Source: Tubulanus polymorphus (taxonomy: Eukaryota; Animalia; Nemertea). From it: 64,000 nucleotides of DNA. Each line of letters starts with the position of its first letter. Position 1 is the stretch's first letter. The notes under the pieces were generated by a model. The model saw nothing but the letters and a program-made list of their open reading frames with translations, was not told the origin of the DNA and searched no databases. The stretch lies in assembly GCF_964204645.1 (NCBI RefSeq), contig NC_134033.1, forward strand, positions 6,844,231-6,908,230, written 5' to 3'. Below, piece by piece: positions 47,995 through 60,100 of the stretch. A program made the translations under genes and the position numbers.

Positions 47995-48460
47995 TGTCGC
48001 GGGCGATAAAACGAAATTAATGAATTGTTGCGGGTGATAAAACCAAAATAATGAATTGTCGCGTGCGACAAAACCAAAATAATGAATTGTCGCGGGCGAT
48101 AAAACCAAAATAATGAATTGTCGCGGGCGATAAAACCAAAATGATAAATTGTCGCGGGCGATAAAACCAAAATAATGAATTGTCGCTGGTGATAAAACCA
48201 AAATATTGAATTGTCGCAGGCGATAAAACCAAAATATTGAAGTGTCACAGGCGATAAAACCAAAATATTGAAGTGTCGCAGGCGATAAAACCGCGACAAA
48301 AAAAAAATTGTCGCAGGCGATAAAACCAAAATAATGAATTGTCGCGTGCGACAAAACCAAAATAATGAACTGTCGCGGGCGATAAAACCAAAATAATGAA
48401 TTGCCGCGGACGATAAAACCAAAATTATGAATTTTCGCGGGCGACAAAACCAAAATTATT
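47995..48460. repeat. ~31 bp minisatellite, same family as 45055-45380
   Basis: About 15 tandem units. Confidence 0.9.
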
Positions 48461-49905
48461 GTTTTGTCGCGTTATTTTAGTTTTGTCGTTTTGTCATAAT
48501 GTCGCCCTCATTTGCATATACGTGTTTTTTTACGCATGGCCCTTATCAGCCACCACACTAAAGCCTTAAGGTCGCGTAAAACTCGATAAACACTTCAAGC
48601 GACACAGCGAACGATCTCCTTTCCCCCACAGCCAACACTTAACCTAGTAGAGGCTACTAGCCTATGTAGGCCTATGTATATGCGTAGGCCTAACATCCGG
48701 ACAGATTGGTCGTAGGCCTATTGAATAACAACCCACCTAAATATCGTAAAAATTTTGTTTTGAAGTTCAATCCAATGAGTCCGTTAATAAACGCAACAAT
48801 TATACTGTGTTTGTTTGTTTGAGACAGTAAAGCTCAGTACCGGTAGGCCTAAAGCCGCGTCAAACTCGATAAACACTTCAAGCGACACAGCGAACGATCC
48901 CTTCCCCCCACAGCGAATGCTTACTCCGAATGTCAAGTGTGAGTCCAGCATACGGAAAGGATTGTGTTATATACTTGTATTTAGTAAATACCTTGTGTAT
49001 TTGACAATGATCGGTATGTACTGTAGGAAATATAGAGTATTGATGGTATTGATATAGAGGTTGAAGCCCGCGGCCGAATAAAGTAATATATTTCTTTATT
49101 TTGATACCTCGTCGACATAACAGCTTTTCTCCGCTATATCTCTTCGGCGTGTTTAGTTTAGGCCTACGACTCCCCGGTACACTTATGATTTATCTTAGTA
49201 AATACACGGTTAATTTGGTAAAGAAAAATAGATATTGCTAAACTAACTGCTTGAAACCCGCAGCCAAATCACTGGTAGTTATAAATTAATTTGTACTCGA
49301 TTTGATTCTCATGATGAGGAGAAACTCGCAGCTGATCCCCGGAACGACGAAATAGTAACACACGTCGATTCGTCGATGTTTACGGCTCGACAGTGCTTTT
49401 AAAATCTAAAGTAGTAAATTTCCAGTGTATCGGTAATATGATTTGATGAGGAAATGGGCTATTGTTAAAATCACTGTTTGAAGACCGCGACTGAATGTGA
49501 AGTCTGCGGCAATAAATTAGTTCATTTATACTTGAATTGATAATCGAAGTGACAGTCGGCCTGCGGGTTGATTTCGGGATGACGACTCGAAAAACATGTC
49601 GCCCCATTGAATGGGGCTAAATTTTCGATGTTTACGGCCCGACAGCGCTTTTGTAACGATGATTCGTGAAAAAACACGCGGGCTATTTGTAGATATCAGT
49701 GAGCTGAACGATATTATATGGATTGTATATGAAACAGCGGTAAGGTAACAAAGCCTATGTTCTTTTGGTAAAAATAGTGTGGAAGAAAATAATAATAATA
49801 ATAATCACGCGGATATCAATAGGGTTTTCTGTGAAATAACAGAAAACCCTAATAAGAAACACGCGAATCTCAATAGGGTTTTCTGTGATGTAACAGAAAA
49901 CCCTA

Positions 49906-50088
49906 AATATTAAATTAGATAATGATTCTAAAATAAAATATTATAATACATCAGAAAATATTAAAACTGATAATATTCAACATGATATAATTAAAACTGA
50001 TAATGATAATAAATCCCATGAAAATACTAAATTAGCTTTAACTTGTATAGGAATTGTTATAGGAGGAATATTATATTTTAAATTTTAA
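49906..50088 (+). pseudogene. 3' remainder of the Maverick A gene begun at 23860
   Basis: NIKLDNDSKIKYYNTSENIKTDNIQHD...LALTCIGIVIGGILYFKF matches the C-terminus of 35559-36857. Confidence 0.88.
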
Positions 50089-50104
50089 TTTTTTTATTAT
50101 ATAA

Positions 50105-51542
50105 ATGGATGTAGAAGGTGGAGAAGATATTGGAATGGATAATTTTGATGAACCTGGCATAACTGATGAACAACAAACTGATTTTAGTGAAACAAGTTTT
50201 AATGACGGTAATGAGCCAGAATATAATAATAATTTAAATATGCCTGATTATATTAAAAATGCAGAATCACAATTAAATCCTGAAAATTTAGACCCAGATT
50301 TAGTAAAACAAGATTTAGATAATATAAACAAAATACCTAAATTAGAACGTATAATTGAAAATTCTAAACTTAACATAAATGATGAAGACGTTGGACCTTT
50401 AGCAGATCAATTAAAATTTTTAGATAATGGCAAATGGTATTATCATTTGAAAGGTGATTATTATATTGATATCACTTATAAAAATAACAAAAATAAAATA
50501 TTAACAAAATCAACTTTGAGTGATTTAGATCCAGATAGAATTAAAAGAATTAGTAATAGTAATGTAATAACTGATGTTATAAAACAAGAATTAACTGGTA
50601 ATGATATAGACGTATTTAAACAAAGAATTAATGAATTATTTGAAATAATCAAAAAGAAATCAGAAACAGAAACAACTTCTGAACAGAATATAACTTCCAA
50701 AACTACTAAACTTAAATCAAATAAAGTTCCAATTGAAAAACTTTTACCGAATGGATTAATTGATGCAACAGATCAACAATTAGAAGATTTAAATATATTT
50801 TCTGATAAAGCAATTAGAGAAATTATTAGTATAAGAAATGAAGCTGATAAAATTGCACATAATAAAAGTACAAGAGATATTAAAATTAGAACTTTAGAAA
50901 AAGAATTAACCGATAAAAATAAAGAAATGGAACAATTAAAGTCTGATTTAGATCATCAAGTAATTGATGAAATAGAATATAGGCAAAAAGAATTACGATT
51001 AGAAAAAGAAATTAATAATTTAAAAGATAATTTAGAAGTACAGAAAGAAGAAATTAAATTATTATTAAAATCATATAATTATATTATAAATAGATTAAAA
51101 GTTATTTTAAAGATTTGTTGATAAAACCAAATTCTGAAATATCATTGAAAGATAGAATAAAATTATTATTTAAATTAGAAGGAATAACAATTCTTTCAAT
51201 TCTAACAGCTGTAACTATGTTATTTACAACAATAGGTTTAGCTATATCAAATTCACTGAAATCTACTCCTACTCCCAATAAACCGGATAAACCCCAGATA
51301 ATAATTCTGTACAAGATAAAGTCAAAGATGGTTTAAAGAAATTAGCAAAATATTTATGGGAACTATCTAAAAAATCTGCTGCAGCTTTACCAGGAATTAA
51401 TGCGTCAATTGTTGGTTTTATATTGAAATCTGCAGGAAACATTATTGACTTTGCTGCTGAACATATCATTTTATTTTTAATTACAATTGCAAGTGCTATT
51501 ATTTTTGGGTTAGTGAATATGATATCAAAAAATATCAAGTAA
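50105..51542 (+). pseudogene. Acidic/coiled-coil protein with C-terminal membrane helices, Maverick A, frameshifted
   Basis: ORF 50105-51121 continues as 51115-51336 and onward; homologous to 33941-35543. Confidence 0.75.
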
Positions 51543-51582
51543 ACATGATAAAAGATAAATGATTAATTTTTTTGTTAAATAA

Positions 51583-52823
51583 ATGAGTGGGCGTTATATC
51601 AATCCTTCTAAGAATCATAGAATATCTAATGCTATTAAAGCAGAAAGATCACATCATATTATTACTCATAACCCTTCTAATATTAATCCTGATGAAACTT
51701 TATATGTTAGAATCCCTAGATTAACACAAAATACTTTTTATGTTCCAAATAGTATTTATTTATCAGCCGATATAAAAGTAACCGGTAATAATAATAATTA
51801 TGTTGTTGATAATGTTGGGAGATATTTGATTAAAAAATTAACAATAAAGATTGGCCCAGAAACAGTTTTCTCATTAGATGATTATAATTTATTTATGCAT
51901 TATAAAGATTTATGGTTAACTAAAGAAAATAGAAATAATATGATATTTCAAGGCATTCAATCGGAAAACCATAATAAATTAAGATCAGGAGCTAATGGCG
52001 CAATAGTAACTCGTGCCGCAGATAATTTGATAAAAAAGATTTATGGAAGCAAATATAAAATTCCATTAGACTTTGAATTGATAAATAATAATGCGCCTTT
52101 ATATAAATACGCAATTCAAGAAGATGTTATATTCGAAATAACATTTGCTCCTGTAAATGAAATTGTATTATCTAGCGTTGTTAAAGATATGGGATATAAA
52201 TTATCGAATTAGAATATAATACAGTAACTAATGAAAATATTGCTAATACAATTCAAACTCAATACAATCAAGGATTTTCATTATTATATGATTATATTGA
52301 TAAATTTAAAACTGTAACTATTAATGCAAATGATGAAATAATTAATGAGAATATTAACTTCCCAAGAAGATCTATTAAAGGTATCTTAATATTTTTTACC
52401 ATTGCAACATATTCTAATGGCGCAATAAAGGTAGATAATTATTATAATCCTGAAATAACAAAAGTAGAAATAACTATCGAAGGAATAGCAAATAAAATAT
52501 TTTGTCAAGGAATGAGAATGATAGATCAATGGCCAGAAATTAGAAAACATTTTATGATTGAAAAAGTAAAATCATCTGAAAATTGTAATATTAATCAAAT
52601 TGATTATTATACAGGTAATAAATATGCATTATGGTTAGATTTTAGAACAACAGAGGATAATTCATTACATGGTTCTGGAAAAAAACTACAAAACACTAAA
52701 GATGGAATACAATTATTCATGACAAAGAAAAGAGGAGACAAAAATTTCAAAATACACATTAATATTATATGTGACGCACAATTAAATATTGTAAATTCAC
52801 AATTAGATAGTATTCAATATTAG
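51583..52823 (+). pseudogene. Major capsid protein, Maverick A, disrupted
   Basis: ORFs 51583-52212 and 52512-52823, near-identical to the B1 copy. Confidence 0.75.
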
Positions 52824-52853
52824 AAATATAAAGTTAAAATTAAGGATATATAA

Positions 52854-53980
52854 ATGGGCGGTAAAAAACTCCTAATACTAAAGAACAATATTTAAGAAAT
52901 TTATATTACAACCCTGAGAGTTCGGTTGCTTATTCTTCTACCAACAATATGTGGCGTCAAGTAAAACAAGATAAATTAGATAAGATAATCCCAAAAAATT
53001 TAGTTAAATATAAAGATATAAATGAATTTATGTTAGAACAACCAACATACACAACACATAAAAAAATTGTTAGAGAATATAAAACTCGTAAAACTATGGT
53101 AAGTTATGTAGATCAACAGTGGCAAGGAGATTTAATTGATATGAAAAATGTTAAGAAAGATAATGATGATTATTGGTGGATATTGAATATAATTGATATT
53201 TTTAGTCGTTATGTATGGAGCTTCCCACTTTACAGAAAACATGCTGCACAAACATCAAATGTTTTAAGAAAATTTCTTTCGGATGATAAAATAAAACCAG
53301 AAAAAATACAATTTGATGATGGAAAAGAATTTGATAATTCACTTGTTCATGAACTCTTAGATAATCATAATATTAAATATTTTTCAACAAAATCGGATAA
53401 AAAAGCAGCAGTGGTTGAACGATTTAATAGAACATTAAGAACAAGAATGTGGAAATATTTTACAGCAAATAATACTTTTAAATGGATTGATGTTTTACCA
53501 AAATTGATAGAAGGTTATAATAATTATTATCATTCTTCTATTGGAATGAAACCTATTGATTCTAGAAAACCTGAAAATGCTGAAATTGTTTGGAATAATT
53601 TATATGGAGCATTTCTTGTAGATGATTTTGGTGAACCTAAATTTAAAGTTGGTCAAAATGTTAGAATTTCTAAGTATAAAAAGATATTTGACAAAGGATA
53701 CGATCGAAATTTTACTAGGGAAATATAAAAAATAAAAAAGGTAATAACAACAAAACCATATGTCTATAAATTAGAAGATTTAGATGGTGAAGAAGTTGAT
53801 GGCTACTTTTACGAAGAAGAATTAAGTTTAACTACTGAAAATCTAGAACAAGAATATAAAATTGAAAAAGTATTAAAAACAAAAACTATTAAAAGAAAAA
53901 AATATTCTTTAGTAAAATGGGTTGGATGGCCAGATAAATTCAATGAATGGATATTATCAAGTAAAATTAAAAATATATAA
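52854..53980 (+). pseudogene. rve integrase with chromodomain, Maverick A, frameshifted
   Basis: QQWQGDLIDM, QFDDGKEF, VERFNRTLR; tail YKIEKVLK..LVKWVGWPDKFNEWI. Confidence 0.9.
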
Positions 53981-54590
53981 ATGAATAAGGAATTATTTAC
54001 ATTTGAGCCTCATAATATGTTAATTTCTGGCGTAACAAATTGTGGAAAAACTTATTTTATATTAAATTTATTAGAAACTGTTTATAAAAACTATTTTGAT
54101 AGTATAGTATTATTTTGTCTAACATATGAATTTAATCAAACTTATGATAGAAATATTACTAGAAATAATACATTTATTATAATAGATCCTAAAACAGTAA
54201 AAGAAAATTTAGATAATTGTATAAAAATAGCAATTGATATTTATAAAGGATCAAATACATTATTTATCATAGATGATTGTGCAAATTTACATGATTCAAA
54301 AATTAGAGAGAGTGAGTTATGTTATTTAGCTTTTTCTGGTAGACATTTTGGGATAACAACTTGGGTTTTAAATCAAAAATATAATTCAATTGTTAAAGAC
54401 TTTAGAGAAAACATTAGATTTCTAGTTTTATTCTACAATAAAGATAGAAAATCGATGAAAAATGCACTTGAGGAAAATGATATTATTCCACATGATTTAC
54501 ATAATGAATATATGGATAAATTAAAAAAATTTTAAAAGATCAAAATCACTATTTAGATTACAACACCCATTTAAATATGAATTTATTTAA
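53981..54590 (+). CDS. Packaging ATPase, Maverick A (3' frameshift after 54535)
   Basis: GVTNCGKT, LFIIDDC, GRHFG. Confidence 0.88.
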
Positions 54591-54798
54591 ATTCAACTAG
54601 CTTGTTAATCTAGTATATTTTTAGTTACATTCTAGTTGAATTCTAGTTATTGGTAGTTGAAACAAAAATCAAATAAAATTCCACAAGAAATAAATAAAAA
54701 CAACAATATTTCAACTAGCTTGTTTATCTAGTTGAATTCTAGTTACATTCTAGTTGAATTCTAGTTGCAACAACACAACTAATTTTTTTGTTATATAA

Positions 54799-55389
54799 AT
54801 GGTGGGTGAAAAGAAAATAAAATCTAAAAATGGTGATGTTCCAATTGAAAAAACTTTAGATGATTTAGGAATAACAGAAACAAAATTAACTCCAGATGAT
54901 GGTGCTTTAAGTAATGTTACAACAAATAATAATTATGAATATTATCTTTATTGTAAACATCAATTAGAAATATTAATAGCATCTGGAAAATGTAAAAATT
55001 TTATCGGTAAAAATTTAACTTATAATGAATTAGATAAAATGAAATCAGATGAAATTATTAGATTATTTAAGATTTATGAAACCGCGAGAACAGCTAGAAT
55101 TAATGACGCGATATCAGAAAATGTAGTAAAAGGTTAAAGTAAATTATGTAATTATATGCTGCCAATTCAAGATGAAAATAGATTTTATGCTGATTTAAAA
55201 AATGATTATTTAGTTATGACCGAATTAAATGAATGGATTGGATATTTATCATTTCAATTAGGTGGATTTATGACATTATTATCAACTGGAGTTATAACAT
55301 TTTCAAATATTGAAAGTAAAAATATTTCTATAATAAATGAACAAGGTGGAAGAAGTGAAGAAAAAACCGAGAAGTCCGAAACAAATTGA
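54799..55389 (+). pseudogene. Conserved hypothetical Maverick protein, one internal stop
   Basis: In-frame ORFs 54799-55137 and 55156-55389; homologue at 28709-29310. Confidence 0.72.
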
Positions 55390-55756
55390 ATTGAAAATAT
55401 TGTTATTTCTACTTCTTCTAATAATAGAATATTTGATAAATGTCTATATTTTACAGTTGGATTTGTAATTGTATTCATTTTGATTGGGTGTAATTGGTAT
55501 AAGAAATCAAATAAAATTCATGATATTTATAATTCTGAAACAACTGCTATCAAAAATGAAAATACTTCTGAAATTCCAAAATTGATAATAAAAAAAATGG
55601 ATTAATATTTTAGAAAAAAAGCAAAAAAAATGATTTTTTTTTAATTAATTGAATATCTCACTACTTTTGTGTATCTATGCGGAGCAATTAAATTGTCCAG
55701 ATAAGTCATTTCGGATTCTAGATATTCATTATTTTTATTAATTTATTTTTTAAAAT

Positions 55757-56067
55757 TTAATCAACAATTTCTAAATTATGATGGCCATCTTCATTTTTTC
55801 CATGATAGATTATTTTAAATCCTTCTAAATCTTTTAATTCCTCTGCATTTATCAGGTAAAAATACTTTAAATTCTCGCGATGTACTAACAGTTGCAGTAG
55901 CTTAGATTAGCTGATACTTTCTCTCCATATTTAGTTCTCTTTTCTAATTTCAATATTTTATGTTCAATTTCTTTTGTAACATCAACTTACTCTTTTATTT
56001 CAAATTGTTTTTTTGCTGGTTTTATTCTGTTATTTATTGTTGTTAAGAATGCTTTTCTATCTCCCAT
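55757..56067 (-). pseudogene. Decayed homologue of the B-family small (putative SSB) gene, starting inside the right TIR
   Basis: Minus-strand fragments TKYGEKV, KVFLPDK, IIYHGKNEDGHHNLEI vs B TNNYGDKL, RTYLPDR, FVYKGKNEKGHHEIDF. Confidence 0.62.
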
Positions 56068-56404
56068 CTATAAGGAAAAAAAATTACTTGTGGTGATGAG
56101 TAGGGATTACTCTCCCTTGTATATAACAAGCACGCTATTAACCGTTCTCACCCAAGCCTCACAGCATCTATTTATCCGGGCACAGTTGACACGCAATCAC
56201 TGTACTACAGTAATAGCACACGCGTTAATAACCGTTCTCAGTGGCGACTCACTGTATCGATCTATCCACGCGCAGTTGTTGTTACGCGCACTCACTGTAT
56301 ATATGTATCACAGAGCAATCGTCCGTTCTCACTAGAGCCTAGCTGTGATGAGTGGTGTCTCGACCTCTCGACCTCTGGTATGAAAACGCCATTTCCTAAT
56401 TACT
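56060..56404 (-). repeat. Right TIR of Maverick A
   Basis: Reverse complement of 7658-7988, ends ...ttcctaattact. Confidence 0.95.
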
Positions 56405-56600
56405 CTTTCCTGACGATTTGAGCGCTTTTACGCATCGACACTGTCGTTTTTTCCGATAGGGGGAATGTTTGATACGAAAATGTTTTTTCTCGCGCTGAAC
56501 GACGTTTTCGGGTCGAAAAGTGCTTTTCCTGACGATTTGAGCGCTTTTACGCATCGACATTGTTGTTTTTCCGATAGGGGGAAAATTTGATAAGAAAACA
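56405..56600. repeat. ~1.6 monomers of the 119-bp satellite between two Mavericks
   Basis: Same sequence and orientation as 1-7657. Confidence 0.95.
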
Positions 56601-57160
56601 AGTAATAGGGATAATAGGCTTTCAAGCCAAAGGTCGAACGGTCGAGCTCATTAAAAAACAAAACATTAAAAGTAATTTAAAACTATAATATATTTTCATA
56701 ACCGTGTGTATTTTATATTATAACTAAATATTTATTCTAAGATATCAATAATTTAAAAAGCATATTGTATTAAATCATTAAATACACAAATTCATATAAT
56801 CAAATATATTTTAATAATAATAATTATTCTATTATTCAACTGAAATACATACGGTTATGAAAATATATTATAGTTTTGAATTACTTTTAATGTTTTGTTT
56901 TTAATGAACTCGACCATTCAACCTTTAACCTGAAAGCCTATTATCCCTATTACTCTTAGAATAATCATATACATGAATAAAATTTAAATTGACAGATTAT
57001 TCAATATAAAAGTATATATTTACAACATTATTTCAATATTTATATTTGTATGAGTTAGATTTTTAAACATTAAAAGTGTTAGTAAAGTGTGATTGAAATA
57101 ATACATAATTTAAATCATTGAACTTCTAAAATCAATTTTAATAACAATTTCAGTATTAAA

Positions 57161-60100
57161 ATGGAAGCAAATAAGTACTACTGTCCAACATGTAATATCA
57201 ATATAGATAAATCCCAAAAAGCAAGACACAATAAAACTAAAACACATTTAGAGAATAAATTGAAACTAGAATATAAAGATGATATATTAGAAATTAATTA
57301 GATGAATAAAAGAATGAAAAAGAAACATACAAATGTGATCATGTAATCAATCATTCAGTGATAAAAGATATCATAATGAACATTTAAAATCTAAAAGTCA
57401 TATTAGAAATAAGAATAATGATATTTTAGGTAAAGATTATTTTGATAAAGATAATGATAAGAAACAGAAGACAATTAAAAGCATAAAAAATAAATTAAAC
57501 AATAAAAGACCATACATGGAAGATGTAAGAAAATATATTAATTCATTCGATAATAAAAAAGATATAGAGATAACCGAAGCATTTAAAAGTGATATTGGCC
57601 CAGCAGCTATCGAGTTTAAATTTCATAAAGGAAAAACATTAGAAGAAAATAAAAAACATTTAGAAAATATGAAAAATATTATAAAAATAATAACTGATGT
57701 TGAATATCCTAAAATTAGTATATCTTCTAAAGTTAAATTCATAAAATCTGAAGATAAACCAATATATAATATAAATTCTCATTCACAACATATTATATCT
57801 AAACAACATATAGATGAAAAATTAGATAAATGTTATAATGAAGTAAAAACTAAAATAGAAGAGAAATATTTTGAAGGATCTGGTTTAATATTCGATGAAA
57901 TAATATTTATGACTTTACATGTTTATAACACAAAATATAATAAGTTAACTAAATCAAAACCAATAGATGAAAATAATGTATCATATTATAAAGAACCAGA
58001 TATTGAAGCATCAAGTTATATTAAACTACCATTTAAAACTAATGCTGTAACAAATGTACAAAATGAAGATGATAAATGTTTTCTATGGGCTATAATAAGT
58101 TGTTTACACCCAGTTGAAGATTATAAACAACATAGTTTTAGATTAACTCATTATAAACAATTTGAAAATAATTATAAGATAGATAAGTATCCTGTCATAA
58201 TTAAAAACATCCCAAAAATAGAAAGAGATAATAATTTAAGAATAAATGTATTTGATTTAATCAAATTACCAAATACAAAAGGTAACAACATAAAACATTA
58301 TACATTAGAACCTTTATACCTATCAAAAGATTATGATTCAAACGATGTTATAGATAAACTATATTATGAGAATCATTATATGTGGATTAAACAAATAGAT
58401 TTATTCTTTAGAACAGAAAGTGATCACCATAATAAAATATATCTATGTAGAAAATGTTTACATAGATTCAGTAATGAAAGTACATTATTAAATCATAAAC
58501 AATTATGTGAAAATCATGATTATTGTAAATTAGTTTTACCAAATGAAAAGGATAAAATATTAGAATTCAAAAAATATGATTACAAAAATAAGGTACCATT
58601 TGTTATATATGGAGATTTTGAATCATTAAATAAAGAATTAACTGATCAAGATAGAAAAGAAATATATTATAAAAGAAAGAAAGTAAATGCTAATGAAAAT
58701 GATTATTCTGAAGAACCACCAAAAACAAATACTATTAAAAAGATTCATCAATCAGCTGCAGCTTTCGGGTTATATATTAAATCTGATTATCCAGAACTAA
58801 TTGAAAGTGAATATTATCATAACAGAAATGAAAATTTTATCAATCATTTTTGTGACTTATTAATTGAATATGAAATAAGATTTAGTAAATTATTGAATAC
58901 AAATATAGAAATTATAATGACAGAAGAAGATAAAGAAGAATTTGCGTTTGCAGATAAATGTTATTATTGTGAAAAGATATTTAATTATAAAGATAAAAAA
59001 GTAAGAGACCATGATCATTTGAATGGAAAGTTTAGAGGCGCTGCACATGAGAATTGTAACTTACAAGCTAAGAAAATTACTTTTTACCAGTTATATTTCA
59101 TAATCTATCAGGATATGATGCGCATTTATTCATCAAACAGTTATGTCATAAAATAGAAGAAATTAATAATGAAATAGAAAGATTAAATTCAAATAGATCA
59201 AAAGATAAAATACCAACTTATAAATTTAGAATGTTAGCTAAAACATCTGAGATTTATATATCATTCCAATTTGGTTGCCTAAGATTTATAGATTCATATA
59301 GATTTTTAAATAGTTCATTAGATAACTTATCAAAATCATTAGTTGATGATGAATTGAAAATATTAAAACAACACTATCCAAATAATGATGATTTTCAATT
59401 AATGAGATATAAAGGCGCAATTCCATATTCTTTCTATAAAAATCATAATGATTTCAATATAACTGAATTATTAAAAGAGCAATTGTTTCAAAATAGAAAA
59501 TCATGAGCAATTAGTAGATATATATTTAAAATCAGATGTATTATTATTAACCGATATATTCGAAAGGTTTAGAGATGTAAACCTAAAATATTTTAATATT
59601 GATCCTTGTCATTGTTATTCTAGTCCAGGTTTAACATGGGATTGTGGATTAAAATTTACAGATATAAAAATGGATTTGTTAACAAATACAGATCAATTAC
59701 TTTTATTCGAAAAATCTATAAGAGGAGGAGTTTCAGGTGTATTAGGTGATATTTATTTCAATGTAAATGATAACCCTGGATATAAGTTATTATATATAGA
59801 TGCAAATAATTTATATGGTTGGGCAATGCTCCTTATGGAGTATTTGAAATAAGTGAAGTTTTACAGAATGAAAATAATGACAAATTTGATTGGAAGAAAA
59901 GAAATCTAGATATTGCAGATGATTCAGATACTGGTTACTTTTTTGTTGTAGATTTAGAATATCCTGAACATATTTAATTTAAATCTAGAAATCTGGCATA
60001 CTGTCCAGAACATAAAACTGTAACTCATGAAGAATTATCAAATTACCAAAAAAGAATTAAACCCGAAAATCATATTCATACAGAAAAGTTAATGGTAATG

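Larger units (their letters stand above)
46246..49851 (-). mobile_element. Second Helentron-like copy nested in the (AAT)-rich subterminal tract of the first
   Basis: 46246-47151 repeats 25068-25984; ~48000-49190 repeats ~45055-46095; own palindromic end at 49821-49850; subterminal gggttttctg at 46269. Confidence 0.7.
25068..49905 (-). mobile_element. Non-autonomous Helentron (HINE/DINE-like) outer copy, carrying Maverick B1 and a second Helentron copy
   Basis: Palindromic end agggttttctgt..acagaaaaccct at 49875-49904; opposite end has stem-loop gctgc-aaa-gcagc plus a subterminal ttttctg; inserted in an A-rich site; Maverick A gene is continuous across it. Confidence 0.7.
7658..56404 (+). 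mobile_element. Maverick/Polinton family A, both TIRs present, decayed, containing nested insertions
   Basis: Starts AGTAAT at 7658 and ends ATTACT at 56404; ~330-bp TIRs; pPolB, minor and major capsid, rve integrase and packaging ATPase genes; satellite on both flanks. Confidence 0.95.

Noticed and set aside
44581-48453. Hydrophobic ORFs of the VLSPATIHYFGF type
   Set aside because: Translations of the 31-bp minisatellite
45055-48460. CRISPR-like appearance of ~31-bp repeats
   Set aside because: Head-to-tail with no unique spacers, no cas genes, eukaryotic context
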